From positions 128,001-192,000 of the forward strand of contig CP084166.1 in NCBI GenBank assembly GCA_021513695.1: a stretch of DNA of 64,000 nucleotides, given 5' to 3'. This DNA comes from Candidatus Heimdallarchaeum aukensis. GTDB taxonomy: Archaea > Asgardarchaeota > Heimdallarchaeia > Heimdallarchaeales > Heimdallarchaeaceae. A program made the translations under genes and the position numbers. Positions within the stretch are counted from its first letter, which is position 1. Each line of letters begins with the position of its first letter. The notes under the pieces are model-generated. The model did not search any database, had not been told where the DNA came from, and saw only the letters and a program-made list of their open reading frames with translations. Below, one piece after another: positions 29,170 through 37,983 of this stretch.

Positions 29170-30492
29170 ATGTCCTCAAAAACCTCTAAAGACACAGAAA
29201 AATTAAGAAGTAAACTGAAAGACTTGTTATCAATACCCAGTTCTCTGTTAATAGTTTTTCTGACAACATTGTTAATGAGAGCCAGTTTTTATTTGGCAAT
29301 TGCAATCTTGAATTATCCTCATTATTTAACTCATCTTTCTTCAGTTCAAAAAACATGGATTTTTATTGTTTATCCATTAAGTGAATTATTAACTGTATTA
29401 TTTTTTGGAGTGCTATCTGATAAGATTGGGCGAAAGATTATTTATTACATTGGTCTAGGCACAACTGCGATAGCGATTTTATTATTTTCCTTTGTTTCAG
29501 AATTTGCATTATTATTGGTTGTTTCTTCAATATTGGGAATTGGTGCAGCTGCTCAAGTCGCCTCTACCTTATCTATTGTAGCAGATGAAGCTCCTGAAGA
29601 CAAAAGAGGGCGATTTATGGGTTTTTACGATGCGATGACACTTATAGGTTTAGGTTTAGGATTTGGAGGAGGTTTCCTCATTATGGAAATCTTGTTTGGG
29701 AATGAAGATGTTACGACGATGACTAGTTCCCAGCAAACTGAGTTTTACAAAAGAGTTGCAACAACGAGCGAAGTTCTTTTTGTAATTGCAGCTGTGTTGC
29801 TTTTTATTTCATTAGTAGTAGCAGTGGTATTGTTAAAAGGAAAACAATTTGTAAAATTCGGTAAAGAACAAACAATAAAAGAGAAGGTCAGTTTTATAAT
29901 TAAAGATAAAAATTTACGTTACTTGATGCCTGTTTGGGTACCAATAATCTGTCTTTATGCAATTGTATTGACTAATGCTGAAGAATTAGCTCACACACTG
30001 AACCTACATGACGTCAAACTACTTATCGTTCTTGCAGTTATTTTCGGTTCTATACTGATAGGCTTTCCTCTTAATGGAATATTAAGTGACAAAATAGGAA
30101 GAAAACCTTTTCTGTATATAGGCATGTTCTCTTTTGCCGGATTTGTTACAGTTCTAATAATTGGTGCAGAACAAGCTAAAGTTAACAATCCAAATCTACT
30201 ATTGTATCTATCTCCATTGATGTTTGTTCTAGGTATCGGTTGTGGAGCTTTTCCTCCAGCAGCACTAGCATTGTTAACTGATCTATCTCCAAAAGAAAAT
30301 TATGGGTCAAGTATGGGTGCTTATTCTGTAGTTTATGGAACTGGAATGATTATTGGTCCTCTCTCTGCAGAATATTCACAATCAGTTGGAGGTTTATTTG
30401 GATTAATCATTTTGATTTGGATTCTTTGTGCAATTAGTGTTGTTGGAACATTATTAGTTCCAAAACATCTTTTGAGCAAAGGATCTCATTAG
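29170..30492 (+). CDS. MFS transporter
   Basis: About 12 predicted TM helices. MFS motif A occurs in both halves: GVLSDKIGRKIIYYIGL and GILSDKIGRKPFLYIGM. The track TTG start at 29158 is likely an over-extension; the ATG is at 29170. Confidence 0.85.
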   Translation: MSSKTSKDTEKLRSKLKDLLSIPSSLLIVFLTTLLMRASFYLAIAILNYPHYLTHLSSVQKTWIFIVYPLSELLTVLFFGVLSDKIGRKIIYYIGLGTTAIAILLFSFVSEFALLLVVSSILGIGAAAQVASTLSIVADEAPEDKRGRFMGFYDAMTLIGLGLGFGGGFLIMEILFGNEDVTTMTSSQQTEFYKRVATTSEVLFVIAAVLLFISLVVAVVLLKGKQFVKFGKEQTIKEKVSFIIKDKNLRYLMPVWVPIICLYAIVLTNAEELAHTLNLHDVKLLIVLAVIFGSILIGFPLNGILSDKIGRKPFLYIGMFSFAGFVTVLIIGAEQAKVNNPNLLLYLSPLMFVLGIGCGAFPPAALALLTDLSPKENYGSSMGAYSVVYGTGMIIGPLSAEYSQSVGGLFGLIILIWILCAISVVGTLLVPKHLLSKGSH

Positions 30493-30533
30493 TTTTTCTA
30501 TTTTTTTTCTAATTAATAATTAAGTAACCTTTA

Positions 30534-31379
30534 TTATTTACTAAAATAAGCCGATTCTTCATTATTTATTTCTAATAGAATCTTAGCCATTTTTGGGAAT
30601 TCTGTAGGAGCTATTAAGCTAGCATTCTGACACCCAGTATTTACTAATATATAGACAAACAAATCAGAATAGTGCGCAATAACCTCTATATTCCCATTGG
30701 TAAAAGCTATTTTGTTTAAGTTTTCTTTTATTAAGATGGAAAATTTGATTTCGTTTAAAATTTTTAAAAGGTAGGTATGATCTGAATAAAAAATATTTGA
30801 AGTTGTTTTATGAAATAATAACTCATTTGTATATCTATCTAAAATAAAAAGATTATAGGGAGTATTTTCTACATATTTATCTACTCTATTGAAAAAATCT
30901 AGTTTCTTTGCTGAGTCAATGTTTAGATTGTAAATTCTTTCTTCTTCTCTTATTTCATAATCTTTTAGCACATCAAGAATCTGCATGAAGGGTTCTTTAA
31001 AGAGTTTTAAAAAGAAAGTACCATCTCCAAATTCACGATTAATTATCTCTTCATTTTCATAATCACTAAAAGTACTTGAAACTAGAAATCTAAAATTTTC
31101 CACTTCTTTTAAAAACACTCTTTCTCCTTTTTCGAATTCAATTCTTGCTACAAGAAAGAAACGATTATTAAAAAAAGGAATGTAAATCAGTCTTTCATCT
31201 CCCGCAATATCTAGGTAATTAATGGTTTTTCCAGTTAACTCAACTGAGAAGGATTGTAAAGCACTCATTAGAGCACCTATTAAATCAGGGTCGATAGGAA
31301 CAGATTTTCTTATTATCGCGTGATTTATTAGAATACCATCATTTGAAACTAACCACATTTCTTTAATCATTTTTTTCAC
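30534..31379 (-). CDS. Tandem roadblock/LC7 (longin-like) domain protein
   Basis: Unit 1: MWLVSNDGILINHAIIRKS..DPDLIGALMSALQSFSVELTGKTINYLDIAGDERLIYIPFFNNRFFLVARIE (a beta-beta-alpha-beta-beta pattern typical of MglB/roadblock). Unit 2: YNLFILDRYTNELLFHKT...YLLKILNEIKFSI...IAFTNGNIEVIAHYSDLFVYILV. The ATG abuts the stop of the upstream GTPase gene. Confidence 0.65.
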   Translation of the reverse strand: MKKMIKEMWLVSNDGILINHAIIRKSVPIDPDLIGALMSALQSFSVELTGKTINYLDIAGDERLIYIPFFNNRFFLVARIEFEKGERVFLKEVENFRFLVSSTFSDYENEEIINREFGDGTFFLKLFKEPFMQILDVLKDYEIREEERIYNLNIDSAKKLDFFNRVDKYVENTPYNLFILDRYTNELLFHKTTSNIFYSDHTYLLKILNEIKFSILIKENLNKIAFTNGNIEVIAHYSDLFVYILVNTGCQNASLIAPTEFPKMAKILLEINNEESAYFSK

Positions 31380-32174
31380 TTATAGTTTTTTTATATATTC
31401 GATTATAGAATTAAAATTATTATTAGTTAGAGAAGAGTATACAATCAGATTTTTCTGTAAGAACGAAATTTCTTCCAGCTTTTTGCTTATTCTTTCAAAG
31501 TTTTTAGTTGTATTTTTAATATCACTTTTTGTTAAAATAAATGACATTCTAAGTTTATTCTCATCTTCAATTTTCTTCAGAATTGCAAAAATTCTTTCAT
31601 ACAAAGATTCTTTGTAGATAAAGCCATAGTCAAGAACAAAAAAGATCGCATCAAAGTTATTTTCGACTTTTTCATTTAGATAATATGAAATCAAATCCAT
31701 ATTTCCGCCAATTTCTGTAATTTTTAATTTTTTTCCAAGGAAATAAAATTGAGATGTGGAAATTCCGATATTATGAAGTTTAGTTCCCAAAAAAGCATTG
31801 TAATTTAATCTGTGAATAATACTCGATTTTCCACATTTACTAAAACCAATTAGTAGAATGTTGAGTTGTTTATTTTCCTTTCTTGAGATTGAATATTGTA
31901 CTTTGAATTGATTTTTTTGTCCAAAAGTAATTTTGGTAGAATATTGACCTAGAATTGAGCCTGTTGATTCAATTATTTTTCCAAAACCATCAAAAATGCT
32001 TATACCAAGAATAAATTCTTCAGGAATTTTTTCTAGGAGTTGAAGGAGAAGTGATTTGATAGATATTTGATTTTGTAAATAAAATGACAATTTGTTATGG
32101 AATTCATTATTTTGAACTATTTGTCTTAGCAACTGTGTGGCAATTGTATCTTCTTTCACGTTTATTAAGTTCAT
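31380..32174 (-). CDS. Divergent Arf/Ras-superfamily small GTPase with ~100-aa N-terminal extension
   Basis: G1 LLIGFSKCGKSS, G3 TEIGGN (compare Arf WDVGGQ), G4 LTKSD (NKxD variant), G5-like YSSL. The N-terminal extension contains LLLQLLEKIPEEFILGISIFDGFGKIIESTG. Confidence 0.7.
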   Translation of the reverse strand: MNLINVKEDTIATQLLRQIVQNNEFHNKLSFYLQNQISIKSLLLQLLEKIPEEFILGISIFDGFGKIIESTGSILGQYSTKITFGQKNQFKVQYSISRKENKQLNILLIGFSKCGKSSIIHRLNYNAFLGTKLHNIGISTSQFYFLGKKLKITEIGGNMDLISYYLNEKVENNFDAIFFVLDYGFIYKESLYERIFAILKKIEDENKLRMSFILTKSDIKNTTKNFERISKKLEEISFLQKNLIVYSSLTNNNFNSIIEYIKKL

Positions 32175-32193
32175 TTAACCTTAATTAACTTTT

Positions 32194-33183
32194 TTAATAA
32201 CCCATGTCCAAATTTACTTTATTAAGTGGTTCTTCTCCTCTCACGAACCTATTGATATTTTCAACTAGTTTAATTACACGATCGTGCCATTTTTTATCAG
32301 TTTGCCAAGCGCGATGAGCAGACATAATTATGTTATCTAATTCCTGAAATGGATACTTAGAAGGGTAACAAGGAACAGGTTCTTGTTTCTCTCCTCTCCT
32401 TTTTGGATAATTATACCAGACATCTATTGCTGCGCCTTTGATTTTTTTATTTTTAAGGCTGAGATATAGTTCTTCTTCATCTATTGTTTTTCCTCTTCCT
32501 ACATTTACAATAATAGCTTCTTTTTTCATAGCGTTAAACTCTTCTTTTCCTAAGAAGTTTCTTGTTTCTTCAGTAAGTGGAAGTGAATTAATGATAAAAT
32601 CAGCTTGTTTGATCGCTTCAATTCTCTTTTCTGGAGTATAAACTGTTACATTTTGCATTTCTGCGTTCTTTCTTCTTTTTATCGCGATAAATTTCATGTC
32701 AAACGGTTTACAATACTCCATTACTTTTTTGCCTATATGTCCAAAGCCTAAAAATAATATTGTTTTATTTGTTAAACTTACAGAAGGATATTGGGTGTAA
32801 TCCCATAGTCCTTTTTCTCTTAATAATTTGTCATTTGCTAACAACTCTTTAGAAGCTGCTAAAAGTAAAGAAAAAGCATATTCTGCAATTGTGTCTGAAT
32901 GTTCATGACTATTACAGAGAATAATATTTTTTTCTTTGTAAATTTTTAAGTTGTGTCTATCTACACCAGTTCCAAATGTTTGATGAAACTTCAATTTATT
33001 TGTACTTTCTAGCTCTTCTTTTGATAATCTTCCACCTAAAACAATATCTACTTCTTGTAAGATTTTTTTTCTTTCATCTTCTGTAAGTTCATCTCTAAAA
33101 AATACTTCTACTCTCTCGTCTATTCTTTCTCTAATTTCTTCTTTTTCTTGTTCATTAGCGTTAATTAAAAAGAGTGCTTTCAT
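32194..33183 (-). CDS. D-isomer-specific 2-hydroxyacid dehydrogenase family protein
   Basis: NAD-binding motif ILFLGFGHIGKKV, NVGRGKTIDEEEL, and the catalytic region MSAHRAW. The protein is 329 aa. Confidence 0.85.
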   Translation of the reverse strand: MKALFLINANEQEKEEIRERIDERVEVFFRDELTEDERKKILQEVDIVLGGRLSKEELESTNKLKFHQTFGTGVDRHNLKIYKEKNIILCNSHEHSDTIAEYAFSLLLAASKELLANDKLLREKGLWDYTQYPSVSLTNKTILFLGFGHIGKKVMEYCKPFDMKFIAIKRRKNAEMQNVTVYTPEKRIEAIKQADFIINSLPLTEETRNFLGKEEFNAMKKEAIIVNVGRGKTIDEEELYLSLKNKKIKGAAIDVWYNYPKRRGEKQEPVPCYPSKYPFQELDNIIMSAHRAWQTDKKWHDRVIKLVENINRFVRGEEPLNKVNLDMGY

Positions 33184-33292
33184 AAGTTAAAGTAGATTTT
33201 CTCGTTAAAAATATTTTCAAAATACAAATATCAATTTCTAAATTTTTCAATTAAGGTTAACTATAAATAGTTTTATTACACTTTAAAATTAG

Positions 33293-34951
33293 ATGACTGA
33301 AAATTCGTCCAAAGATGAGAAAACTGCACTGATAAAACAACTTCGCTTAAGTTCTCTCCCCGTACAAAGGGAAAAGGCTGCAATATTACTAGCTAACTTT
33401 CCTGATTCTGAAGTGCTAGATGCTCTTCTAAATGCACAAATTCGTGATCCCAACCCAAAAGTTCGTGATGCAGCAGCTGCTTCTTTAGCGAGACTAATTT
33501 CATATTCAGAGGACGATGATTCAGAAATTTTGCCTGAAGATAAAAAAAAGCGATATAATCAAATTTTCAATCTAACAAAAGAAATAGAAATAATAAGACA
33601 AGGTACAACACGATTCAGATTTAACAAAAAAGATACACTTGAGATCACGCAACTTTTTAATCAGATAAAATCTGATAGATACCTCCCCAAACAGACTAAC
33701 GTTAGAAGTTTGATTAATTCTATTTTATTACTTCCAATAGATAATATTGATTTGGGAAGAGATGTAGCAATAACATTAACTGAAATACTAAAACGTAGTT
33801 TCGACGAAGAAGAAAGGTTGATAGCAATAGGTAGTTTAAGTAATATTGTAACAACAATTGAATCGTATAATCCCCTATTTGGAATTGCAGAAGCGTTTTT
33901 AATGATTTATAAGACATCAGACGATTCAGAGATGAGAATGATATCTTTTAGATGTCTCGAATTATTAATCTCAAAAACAAAATCAATGAATAAACTCAAT
34001 TACCATGTAGATAATCTTGCAAAACTTCTAACCTTCTCTTATGATAAGCGAATTCGAGAAATAGCTATATCTGCATATCCAGAGTTAGTATTTCTTTACA
34101 ACGAAAAATCTACTTTTTTAGTTGATCACATAATCAAGATTGTAAGAGCAACTTATGAAGATAGACTAAGAGAATTAGGTCTTAAAGCTCTAGAAGCACT
34201 GATTTTAAGAAAAAGGGTAACAGAAGAGAATTTTGAAAGCATTATTAAGATGCTAAAATCTCATCATTCTAAAAATATTCGAATTAGAGCAATTGAGTTA
34301 TTTCTGTCTATAATTTTACAAGCTCACGAAGATATGATAGATGATGCTTTAGCAAGTTTGTTTATTATTATGCAGAAAACAAAAGATGAAGATATATGTT
34401 ATACTGCAATACAGAATATTGAGCATTATTCATTGATAGATGTTCCTAAAGAAAATGTTCAAAATGTTTTTAGATTAATTGAAATAATTGCCACAACCTC
34501 TCCTCATCCACTAATCGCTCTAAGAGCATACAATCTTGTTTCGAAGATCATTTCAAATAAACCTAATCTCATAACAACAGACTTCATAGTCGAAATAGCT
34601 CATAATATGTTGTCTAGTAAAGATCTAGGTGTAACTGAACAGATTCTAGTATCTTTCTGTGAGTTAATCTACAATAGAGAGCTAAATCCTCTAGATATTA
34701 CACAAAATATTAGTAACATATTATTTTTATCTGATGATTCAGATATTTTAGAGGGATTAGTAACCATATTTCAGGAATTACTTGTTTCTGATAAAAGTAT
34801 TAATCCTAAAGATGTACTTGATAAATTGATAGTTATTATTTCAGAATCTAATGGAAAGCATGATGTGTTTAGAAGATTAGCTAATTTAGATGTAGATATT
34901 TTCAAAAAAAGTTCTAATAAAGAAAAATCAGAGAAGAAAAAGACCGAATAG
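33293..34951 (+). CDS. HEAT/armadillo-repeat protein
   Basis: The N-terminus has PBS-lyase-type HEAT units (VQREKAAILLANFPDSEVLDALLNAQIRDPNPKVRDAAAASLARL). The remaining ~450 aa show helical-repeat periodicity. Confidence 0.65.
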   Translation: MTENSSKDEKTALIKQLRLSSLPVQREKAAILLANFPDSEVLDALLNAQIRDPNPKVRDAAAASLARLISYSEDDDSEILPEDKKKRYNQIFNLTKEIEIIRQGTTRFRFNKKDTLEITQLFNQIKSDRYLPKQTNVRSLINSILLLPIDNIDLGRDVAITLTEILKRSFDEEERLIAIGSLSNIVTTIESYNPLFGIAEAFLMIYKTSDDSEMRMISFRCLELLISKTKSMNKLNYHVDNLAKLLTFSYDKRIREIAISAYPELVFLYNEKSTFLVDHIIKIVRATYEDRLRELGLKALEALILRKRVTEENFESIIKMLKSHHSKNIRIRAIELFLSIILQAHEDMIDDALASLFIIMQKTKDEDICYTAIQNIEHYSLIDVPKENVQNVFRLIEIIATTSPHPLIALRAYNLVSKIISNKPNLITTDFIVEIAHNMLSSKDLGVTEQILVSFCELIYNRELNPLDITQNISNILFLSDDSDILEGLVTIFQELLVSDKSINPKDVLDKLIVIISESNGKHDVFRRLANLDVDIFKKSSNKEKSEKKKTE

Positions 34952-35719
34952 TAATTGAGAAAAAATAAACATTGATATTATTATAGCAAGTGTATAATTC
35001 TCAAATTTGAATTCTTTAATTACCTCTTTAAACATCAAGGGAGAAAAAATAGAAAAAAGCAAAAAGAATGTCCCAGGATAATATAGATAGATTAAGAAAT
35101 CATTGTAAGATAAGGGAATGAAGAAAGCTACAAAAATAAAAAATGTAGCAAATAATAAATCTATAACTATATATGCTATAAGGGGTTTTCTGAAATTCTT
35201 ACATTTGTCTTGTTGGAAAGAAATAATTGTTAAAGGAAGAATAAAGAAGAATATATCTGTCATAAAGTCTGTTGTTTGAAGTATTTTTAGGGATAGATCT
35301 GAAAGCTGAAGTTCTGTAACTAAAGGCCAACCAACAAAAGTTAAGCTAAAAGGCCAAAAAACAGCCACTTTTACTAAATAAAACATGTCTAAAATGACAT
35401 GTGTAATCATCCCCACTCCAATTCCAATACTTATACTCCTAAAATCTATTTTACTTATTTTTTTATCAGGAATATACTTTTTTGTAATAAATCCTAGAAG
35501 GTAAATGAGTAAAGAAAGTACAGTAATAAAAAACAAGCTATGAGTAAATGTTCTATGTAAAATTGTAGCTTTTTCTCCAATGAAAAGATAAGCTAAAGCT
35601 GCAATAAATATATCAATATCAGGGAATATAGCTCCAAAAGCAGCTGATACTTTGAAACCTTCTTTTTTTCCAAAACTTGCTAAAACTAAACCTGAAAGAA
35701 GATGAACTCCTCCTTGCAT
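34928..35719 (-). CDS. Membrane-bound metal-dependent hydrolase (YdjM/DUF457 family)
   Basis: MQGGVHLLSGLVLA..., FPDIDIFIA and LHRTFTHSL motifs plus a polytopic hydrophobic profile. Confidence 0.7.
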   Translation of the reverse strand: MQGGVHLLSGLVLASFGKKEGFKVSAAFGAIFPDIDIFIAALAYLFIGEKATILHRTFTHSLFFITVLSLLIYLLGFITKKYIPDKKISKIDFRSISIGIGVGMITHVILDMFYLVKVAVFWPFSLTFVGWPLVTELQLSDLSLKILQTTDFMTDIFFFILPLTIISFQQDKCKNFRKPLIAYIVIDLLFATFFIFVAFFIPLSYNDFLIYLYYPGTFFLLFSIFSPLMFKEVIKEFKFENYTLAIIISMFIFSQLLFGLFLL

Positions 35720-35764
35720 AAGAGTTGGAATAAATGTTCTATTATAAATTTTCTTAATTTCAAA

Positions 35765-36046
35765 TTAAAGAACTTTATTTATTAGAGAAGATATTTTTTC
35801 AACTACTTCTTGTGCTTCCTCTTCTTCTACTCTATAAATTAGGATCTTTCCAGATGGAAATAAAGAAACTTTTTTTCCTTTTTTTGTTTCTAAAATGTAA
35901 ACAACTTTTGTCTCTCTTAGTATCTTGAAATACTCATCTTCAACAAGAATAGATTTTATTTTTTCTAAATTTATTGTTGTTTGCTCATCTGGTAAAGCTT
36001 CAAATCCTGTTTGTTTTTTGCACTTTTGAATGACAGAGTACTTCAT
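35765..36046 (-). CDS. Hypothetical small alpha/beta protein
   Basis: A 93-aa ORF with no overlapping competitor. The segment KKVSLFPSGKILIYRVEEEEAQEVVEKISSLI resembles a beta-beta-alpha unit of the TBP-like fold, but I cannot assign a family. Confidence 0.5.
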   Translation of the reverse strand: MKYSVIQKCKKQTGFEALPDEQTTINLEKIKSILVEDEYFKILRETKVVYILETKKGKKVSLFPSGKILIYRVEEEEAQEVVEKISSLINKVL

Positions 36047-36156
36047 TTAGATGTCGTTTTTTACTATATTTTTATGCTTTTCTTTTTTATTTCTTATCTA
36101 CACTTTTGTTTTTGAAGTTTGGTAAAAGTTATTAATTTATAAAAATAAAGATTGTT

Positions 36157-37968
36157 ATGAAACAAGTTTTACTTCGAATTAATCTTTCTGATGGAACACA
36201 CAAAATTGAAACTATTCCCCAAGAGGTAAGTAGGCAGTTTCTCGGAGGAACAGGTTTTATTACTTACTTCCTTTATAAAGAAATCAAACCAAAGATAGAT
36301 CCTTTATCTGAAGAAAATAAGATAGTCATAGCTTCAGGACCTCTACAAGGAACAATTGTTCCTATTACTGGTAGATATAGCATTGGAACTAAATCTCCAC
36401 TAACAGGACTGTTTTTAGATACAAATGTGGGCGGTTTTGTAGGCCCTGAACTAAGGTTTGCAGGATATGATGTCATAATAATAGAAGGAATGGCAGAGAA
36501 ACCCATTTATATTTCAATAATTGATGATGTAATTTCAATTAAAGATGCATCATCATTGTGGGGTAAAACTACTCATCAAACAGAAGATAAACTTCGAGAA
36601 CTTGAAAATGAAGAAAGTATGCGAGTAATATCCATTGGCCCAGCAGGAGAAAATAAAGTTAAGATTGCTTGTGTTACTTCTGATAGGTTTAGAAACGCTG
36701 GAAGAGGAGGTTTAGGCGCAGTTTTTGGAAGTAAAAATTTGAAAGCCATAGGTATCAAAGGGAGTTCTAGACCCACAAATGGCAATAAAGAAGAATTAGA
36801 TAAAATAAGAAGAGGAATAATCAAAAGAGCTAAAACAGCAAAAGAGCATAAGCACCTACTTTATCAACATGGAACCAGCTGGTTAGTTGATATCGCCAAC
36901 CAATATTCTCAGTTTCCTACAAAGAATTTCCAGAGCGGGGTATTTGATAAACATGAGAAAATAAACCATAAAGCACTTGAAAAATATAAAAGAAAAAGAA
37001 GACCATGCTATAAATGTGTGATTTCTTGCTCTGAGGTTCTTGATGCTTCTTCTTTTGATTGGACAGATGAAGAATTTATTGCCAAACCCGAATATGAAAC
37101 TTTAGGATTAATTGGAGGAAATTGTGCAATTGATGATCCAGAAACAATAATCAAAGCAAATTATAGATGTAATGAATATGGTTTAGATACAATTTCAACA
37201 GGAAGCATAATTGCAATGATTATGGAGGGAGTAGAAAAAGGGAGAATTAAGGAAGAAGAATATCAAGATATTAGATTTGGAAATAAAGAAAAACTAATGG
37301 AACTAATTGACAACATTGCTTATCGCCAAGGTATTGGAGATTTTCTCGCTGAGGGACTGGTAGATGCTGCTAAAAAGTTTAATACTGAAGATTTAGCAGT
37401 ACATACAAAGAAGTTACCATATGCAGCTTGGGATCCAAGAGGAAAATTGGGTCTAGGTCTAAGTTATGCCACTGCAGCTGTCGGTGCAAGTCATTTAAGA
37501 GGTTGGCCATCAACAAGCGACATTCCTGACAAAAGTGCAGTATCAGTCATTGATTCGTTAATAGAGCAACAAGATTTGAAGACTTTAAAAGATAGCTTGA
37601 TCATATGCCATTTCACACATAGTATCAGCCCAGCATTAAATATTGATGATTGCCACAAAATGGTTGAAGCAGCGTTTGATGAAAAATTTGAGAGAGAAGA
37701 GATAATTAACATCGCAAAGAGAGTTTGGATACTTAAAAGAATGTTCAACATTAGAGAATTTAAACCAAACAAAGCTAAAGAATTTGATAAATTACCTCCA
37801 AGATTTTGGGAACCAATGCCTGAGGGAAGAGCAAAGGGAATGAAAGCTTTTATCTCTGAAGAAGATTTCAATAAATCTCTATTGGCACTATATGAAAAAC
37901 GAGGTTTAGATGAGTTGGGAGAACCTTTACCATCTACTATTTCCAAATTGGATCTTGATAAGATATAA
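36157..37968 (+). CDS. aor: Aldehyde:ferredoxin oxidoreductase (tungstopterin AOR family)
   Basis: N-terminus LLRINLSDGTHKIETIPQEVSRQFLGGTGFITYFLY, mid-region KPEYETLGLIGGNCAIDD and EYGLDTISTGSIIAM. The 603-aa length is typical of AOR. Confidence 0.9.
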   Translation: MKQVLLRINLSDGTHKIETIPQEVSRQFLGGTGFITYFLYKEIKPKIDPLSEENKIVIASGPLQGTIVPITGRYSIGTKSPLTGLFLDTNVGGFVGPELRFAGYDVIIIEGMAEKPIYISIIDDVISIKDASSLWGKTTHQTEDKLRELENEESMRVISIGPAGENKVKIACVTSDRFRNAGRGGLGAVFGSKNLKAIGIKGSSRPTNGNKEELDKIRRGIIKRAKTAKEHKHLLYQHGTSWLVDIANQYSQFPTKNFQSGVFDKHEKINHKALEKYKRKRRPCYKCVISCSEVLDASSFDWTDEEFIAKPEYETLGLIGGNCAIDDPETIIKANYRCNEYGLDTISTGSIIAMIMEGVEKGRIKEEEYQDIRFGNKEKLMELIDNIAYRQGIGDFLAEGLVDAAKKFNTEDLAVHTKKLPYAAWDPRGKLGLGLSYATAAVGASHLRGWPSTSDIPDKSAVSVIDSLIEQQDLKTLKDSLIICHFTHSISPALNIDDCHKMVEAAFDEKFEREEIINIAKRVWILKRMFNIREFKPNKAKEFDKLPPRFWEPMPEGRAKGMKAFISEEDFNKSLLALYEKRGLDELGEPLPSTISKLDLDKI

Positions 37969-37983
37969 TTTGAAGTGACAAAT

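Noticed and set aside
29046-29195. N-terminal 50-codon extension of the locus-2 permease, overlapping the divergent MFS gene start (and the TTG extension 29158-29169 of the MFS ORF)
   Set aside because: The extensions overlap each other on opposite strands and lack signal-peptide character. The internal ATGs at 29045 (MEKKYFVFILIA...) and 29170 give a sensible signal anchor and a ~125-nt divergent promoter region.
37491-37946. 151-aa - strand ORF within aor, and 159-aa - strand ORF 54195-54674 within the OYE gene
   Set aside because: Both are long, but each lies entirely antisense to a gene with strong family motifs. Neither has start context or recognisable domains.
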